From NCBI GenBank assembly GCA_045599485.1, contig JAZRWA010000093.1, positions 1-27,993 of the forward strand: a DNA stretch of 27,993 nt, read 5' to 3'. Under the pieces are notes generated by a model. It was not told the DNA's origin. It searched no databases and saw nothing but the letters and a program-made list of their open reading frames with translations. This stretch comes from Clostridia bacterium. GTDB lineage: Bacteria > Bacillota > Clostridia > Christensenellales > Aristaeellaceae. Shown here one piece after another: positions 25,662 to 27,993 of the stretch. Each line of letters opens with the position of its first letter. The stretch's first letter is position 1. The position numbers and the translations under genes are program-made.

Positions 25662-25710
25662 CAAAAACAGCTCCGGCGGCGCTTTTTTGCCCCCGGAGCT
25701 TTCTTTTTTT
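25662..25710. terminator. Bidirectional terminator between convergent genes
   Basis: An 8-bp stem (agctccgg 25669-25676 / ccggagct 25693-25700), with an A-rich run before it and TTCTTTTTTT after it. Confidence 0.65.
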
Positions 25711-25722
25711 GCCTGAATGCGA

Positions 25723-26670
25723 TCAGATACTGAACCGCGGATCGGCGTCTTCATCCAATGCGCAGCGGGCACCCAGCACCTTGCAAACGATCCTCAGCAG
25801 GTCCTTTTCATAGCTGGTAATGTACATGTCCTTGCGGTAACAGAAGTAAAAATGCCGTTCATAATGCGTATCGCGGATGTTATAAATGTTCACGCGCGCC
25901 CTGTCGGGCATCGTCTCGGGCACATACACCTTCGGCACCAGAAAGACCGCGTCTGATCTCGCAGCAATGGCCTTGGCCGTTTCCATGCTGTGCGTTTCCA
26001 GCAGAATACGCGGCTGAATGCCGTTTTCTTCAAACAGGCGGTTCTGCGTCGCGCGTACGCTGTGATCCCCGGTCATGGCCACAAACACCTCGTTTTGCGC
26101 GTCCGTGATGTCGATCGTGCTGCCATCCGGATACTGCTTGGCCAGGCGTGTAGTCTTGGCGGCGATCAGCACCAGCTGCTCATTTTCGATCAGCATATAG
26201 TGCAGATGATTGCGCTTGCTGGTGGTGGTGATGAACGCCACATCACACATGCCCTCGCTGATCATGTGCTCCAGGCGTCCGCTGCCTTCCTCGCACAGCT
26301 TGATCTTTACATGCGGGTACATGCGCACAAATTCCGGCAGCACGTTGGGCAGCAGCTGCATGCCGCGCTGGGTGGAAATGCCCAGCCGGAACTCGCCGTA
26401 CACCACTTCCTTGGAATCCGCCACCCTGGAGTGCAGATTGCTGTCCATTTCCAGCATCTGCTGACCGGCCTCCAGATACAATTGCCCGGCATAGGTCAGC
26501 AGCAGGCGGCTTCCCTTGCGCTCAAAGATCGGCGCCCCCAGCTCCTCCTCAATGCTCCTGAGCATCTGGGACAGTGCCGGCTGTGAAATATACATTTTTT
26601 TGCTGACTGCTGTAATGGAGCCCTCCCGCGCGATGGCCAGCACCGTCGGGACATGCTTCAGGTTGATCAT
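25723..26670 (-). CDS. LysR-family transcriptional regulator
   Basis: N-terminal wHTH MINLKHVPTVLAIAREGSITAVSKKMYISQPALSQMLRSIEEELG. I chose the ATG at 26670 over the longer track start. Confidence 0.9.
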   Translation of the reverse strand: MINLKHVPTVLAIAREGSITAVSKKMYISQPALSQMLRSIEEELGAPIFERKGSRLLLTYAGQLYLEAGQQMLEMDSNLHSRVADSKEVVYGEFRLGISTQRGMQLLPNVLPEFVRMYPHVKIKLCEEGSGRLEHMISEGMCDVAFITTTSKRNHLHYMLIENEQLVLIAAKTTRLAKQYPDGSTIDITDAQNEVFVAMTGDHSVRATQNRLFEENGIQPRILLETHSMETAKAIAARSDAVFLVPKVYVPETMPDRARVNIYNIRDTHYERHFYFCYRKDMYITSYEKDLLRIVCKVLGARCALDEDADPRFSI

Positions 26671-26757
26671 GATAAACCTCGGATCTTTCTGTGTAAAAAA
26701 ACTTTTGCCGTCAGTATTGTTTAATGTCAGTATAAAAGCAGCCGCTGCAAATATCCA

Positions 26758-26772
26758 ATGCCTTATTGGCAT
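26758..26772. promoter_or_regulatory. T-N11-A type palindrome (candidate LysR box)
   Basis: ATGCC-ttatt-GGCAT, with a 5-5-5 dyad symmetry. It lies 88 nt upstream of the minus-strand LysR start. Confidence 0.3.
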
Positions 26773-26959
26773 AATATTTATCTTAAGTGTTATAGTTCAC
26801 GTTTCATTTTTTACTTTATTTACATTTCACATTTCAACTTTTGTTCATATCCTGCTCCTTTTGGGGCCGACATACCCCCTTGTGGTTTTGCTTTTTTTCT
26901 TGATTTTTCATAAGTTTTTTCTTATTTATCACATAATCGTTTCCGTATTTGATTTATGC

Positions 26960-26974
26960 ATAACAAAGCGTTAT
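26960..26974. promoter_or_regulatory. T-N11-A type palindrome (candidate LysR box)
   Basis: ATAAC-aaagc-GTTAT, with a 5-5-5 dyad symmetry. It lies 90 nt upstream of the plus-strand LysR start. Confidence 0.3.
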
Positions 26975-27063
26975 ACTTGGTATAAGTTCTTCTCTATATT
27001 CTCCATAAATGTTCACCATTCCGATCAGTGTGCCCGGTACTTCCGGGCAAAGGAGCCTTCCCG

Positions 27064-27993
27064 ATGAAATCTCAGGAGCTGCAGTACATCCTTGCCATCG
27101 CGCGTGCGGGCACCATATCCCGCGCCGCAGAAGAACTTTTCATCACACAGCCCGCCCTCAGCCGCGCCCTCGCCTCTGTTGAGACCGATCTCGGCTCCCC
27201 CCTGTTTGAACGTCACGGACGCCAGATGACCCTCACCGCCGTGGGCAGCGTCTATCTCAAATACGCCGAGCGTATCCTCGAAATGGAAAAGCAGATGAAG
27301 ACGCAGCTGCAGGAGATCATCCAAAGGCACGATGATGATTTACGCATCGCCGTCCCCATGTACTTCACCTCCCTCATCTCCTACTGCGTCTTTACCGAGT
27401 TCAACCAAAGGTATCCTTCTGTGCCGGTCAGCATCAACATTGCCGGCAGCAGCGAGATCGGCAGCGAGATCGCCAACGGCAATTCCTCGCTCGGTCTGGC
27501 GGTCCTCAAGGATAACCTGTCCGATCTTTTTGCCTACCACATCGTCGGGCAGGTGGAAACGGTCGTAGTCGTCAGCAGCAATCATCCGCTGCTGCAGCAG
27601 GCCGTGCCGGTCGAAGGGCGCCGTTACCCCTGCGTCACCTTTGAGCAGATCCGGGATTATCCCTTTGCCCGTTCCGCCGAGCATCAGCGCAGCTCCATCC
27701 TCTCCACCGCTTATTTTGAAAGGCACAACGCCAAGCCCAACATCGTCTGCCGGGTCGCCTATACCGGCTATCTGTACACCGCCGCAGCCACCGGCAGCTG
27801 CATCGCCCTGGCGCCCGGTCTGCCCATTCCGGAGGGCGGCTCCGATTTTCCCTCCGTCCGCTACCTCAGTCTGCGGGATACCTGCCTGATGGATACCCTT
27901 GCCGTCATCCGCTGCCACGAGCACAACCTTTCCGAGCCTGAAAAAGAGCTGATCGGCATGATCCGCCGCCTCTTCCAGCACGACGTTCTGTAA
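27064..27993 (+). CDS. LysR-family transcriptional regulator
   Basis: N-terminal wHTH MKSQELQYILAIARAGTISRAAEELFITQPALSRALASVETDLG. The ATG at 27064 has an AAAGGAG RBS. The TAA stop is at the window end. Confidence 0.9.
   Translation: MKSQELQYILAIARAGTISRAAEELFITQPALSRALASVETDLGSPLFERHGRQMTLTAVGSVYLKYAERILEMEKQMKTQLQEIIQRHDDDLRIAVPMYFTSLISYCVFTEFNQRYPSVPVSINIAGSSEIGSEIANGNSSLGLAVLKDNLSDLFAYHIVGQVETVVVVSSNHPLLQQAVPVEGRRYPCVTFEQIRDYPFARSAEHQRSSILSTAYFERHNAKPNIVCRVAYTGYLYTAAATGSCIALAPGLPIPEGGSDFPSVRYLSLRDTCLMDTLAVIRCHEHNLSEPEKELIGMIRRLFQHDVL

Noticed and set aside
26516-27067. 183-aa plus-strand ORF spanning the LysR-LysR spacer
   Set aside because: It starts inside the minus-strand LysR gene and runs through AT-rich intergenic DNA, giving Phe/Ile/Leu-rich pseudo-membrane sequence. 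It has no RBS.
1-27993. Search for CRISPR arrays, rRNA, IS elements or transposases, integrase, and toxin-antitoxin pairs
   Set aside because: I saw no regularly spaced 25-40-nt repeats, no rRNA-like segments, and no DDE, serine or tyrosine recombinase-like ORFs. Only short local repeats are reported above.

Overview
This is a 28-kb chromosomal window from a bacterium of roughly 60% GC (by-eye estimate) with strong GGAGG-type ribosome-binding sites. Gene content suggests a Clostridia-like Firmicute, but that is inference only.

Layout:
(i) 1-3969 is the visibly lower-GC right-hand end of a genomic island. It carries an AAA_14-type ATPase that runs off the window edge, a 96-aa ORF and an AlbA_2/HATPase_c_4 protein. 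It ends in clustered short repeats and a 50-nt 3' fragment of tRNA-Arg(ACG) with its terminator, which looks like an attR junction.
(ii) A secreted transglutaminase-like protein and a secreted alpha/beta hydrolase.
(iii) A self-contained, translationally coupled three-gene operon: Sel1-repeat protein, J-domain protein, HIRAN-domain protein. Its GC is lower than its flanks. This is my best gene-level candidate for an undescribed system.
(iv) A DAACS symporter and a secreted S41 peptidase.
(v) A LacI-associated sugar/cyclitol uptake and catabolism locus: binding protein, ATPase, permease, two Gfo/Idh/MocA dehydrogenases and two TIM-barrel isomerase/epimerases.
(vi) A PAS / degenerate-GGDEF / EAL / PAS c-di-GMP protein.
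(vii) A small secreted protein and two divergently transcribed LysR regulators separated by a 393-bp AT-rich spacer.

The most unusual sequence-level observation concerns TAG. Two unrelated, otherwise intact genes (a TIM-barrel isomerase and the GGDEF-EAL gene) are each interrupted by exactly one in-frame TAG. None of the 21 confidently called CDS terminates with TAG (15 TGA, 6 TAA). These are either two amber pseudogenes or evidence of amber read-through or reassignment.

I saw no rRNA, intact tRNA, CRISPR array, transposase or integrase. Many long ORFs in the track are antisense shadows of real genes.
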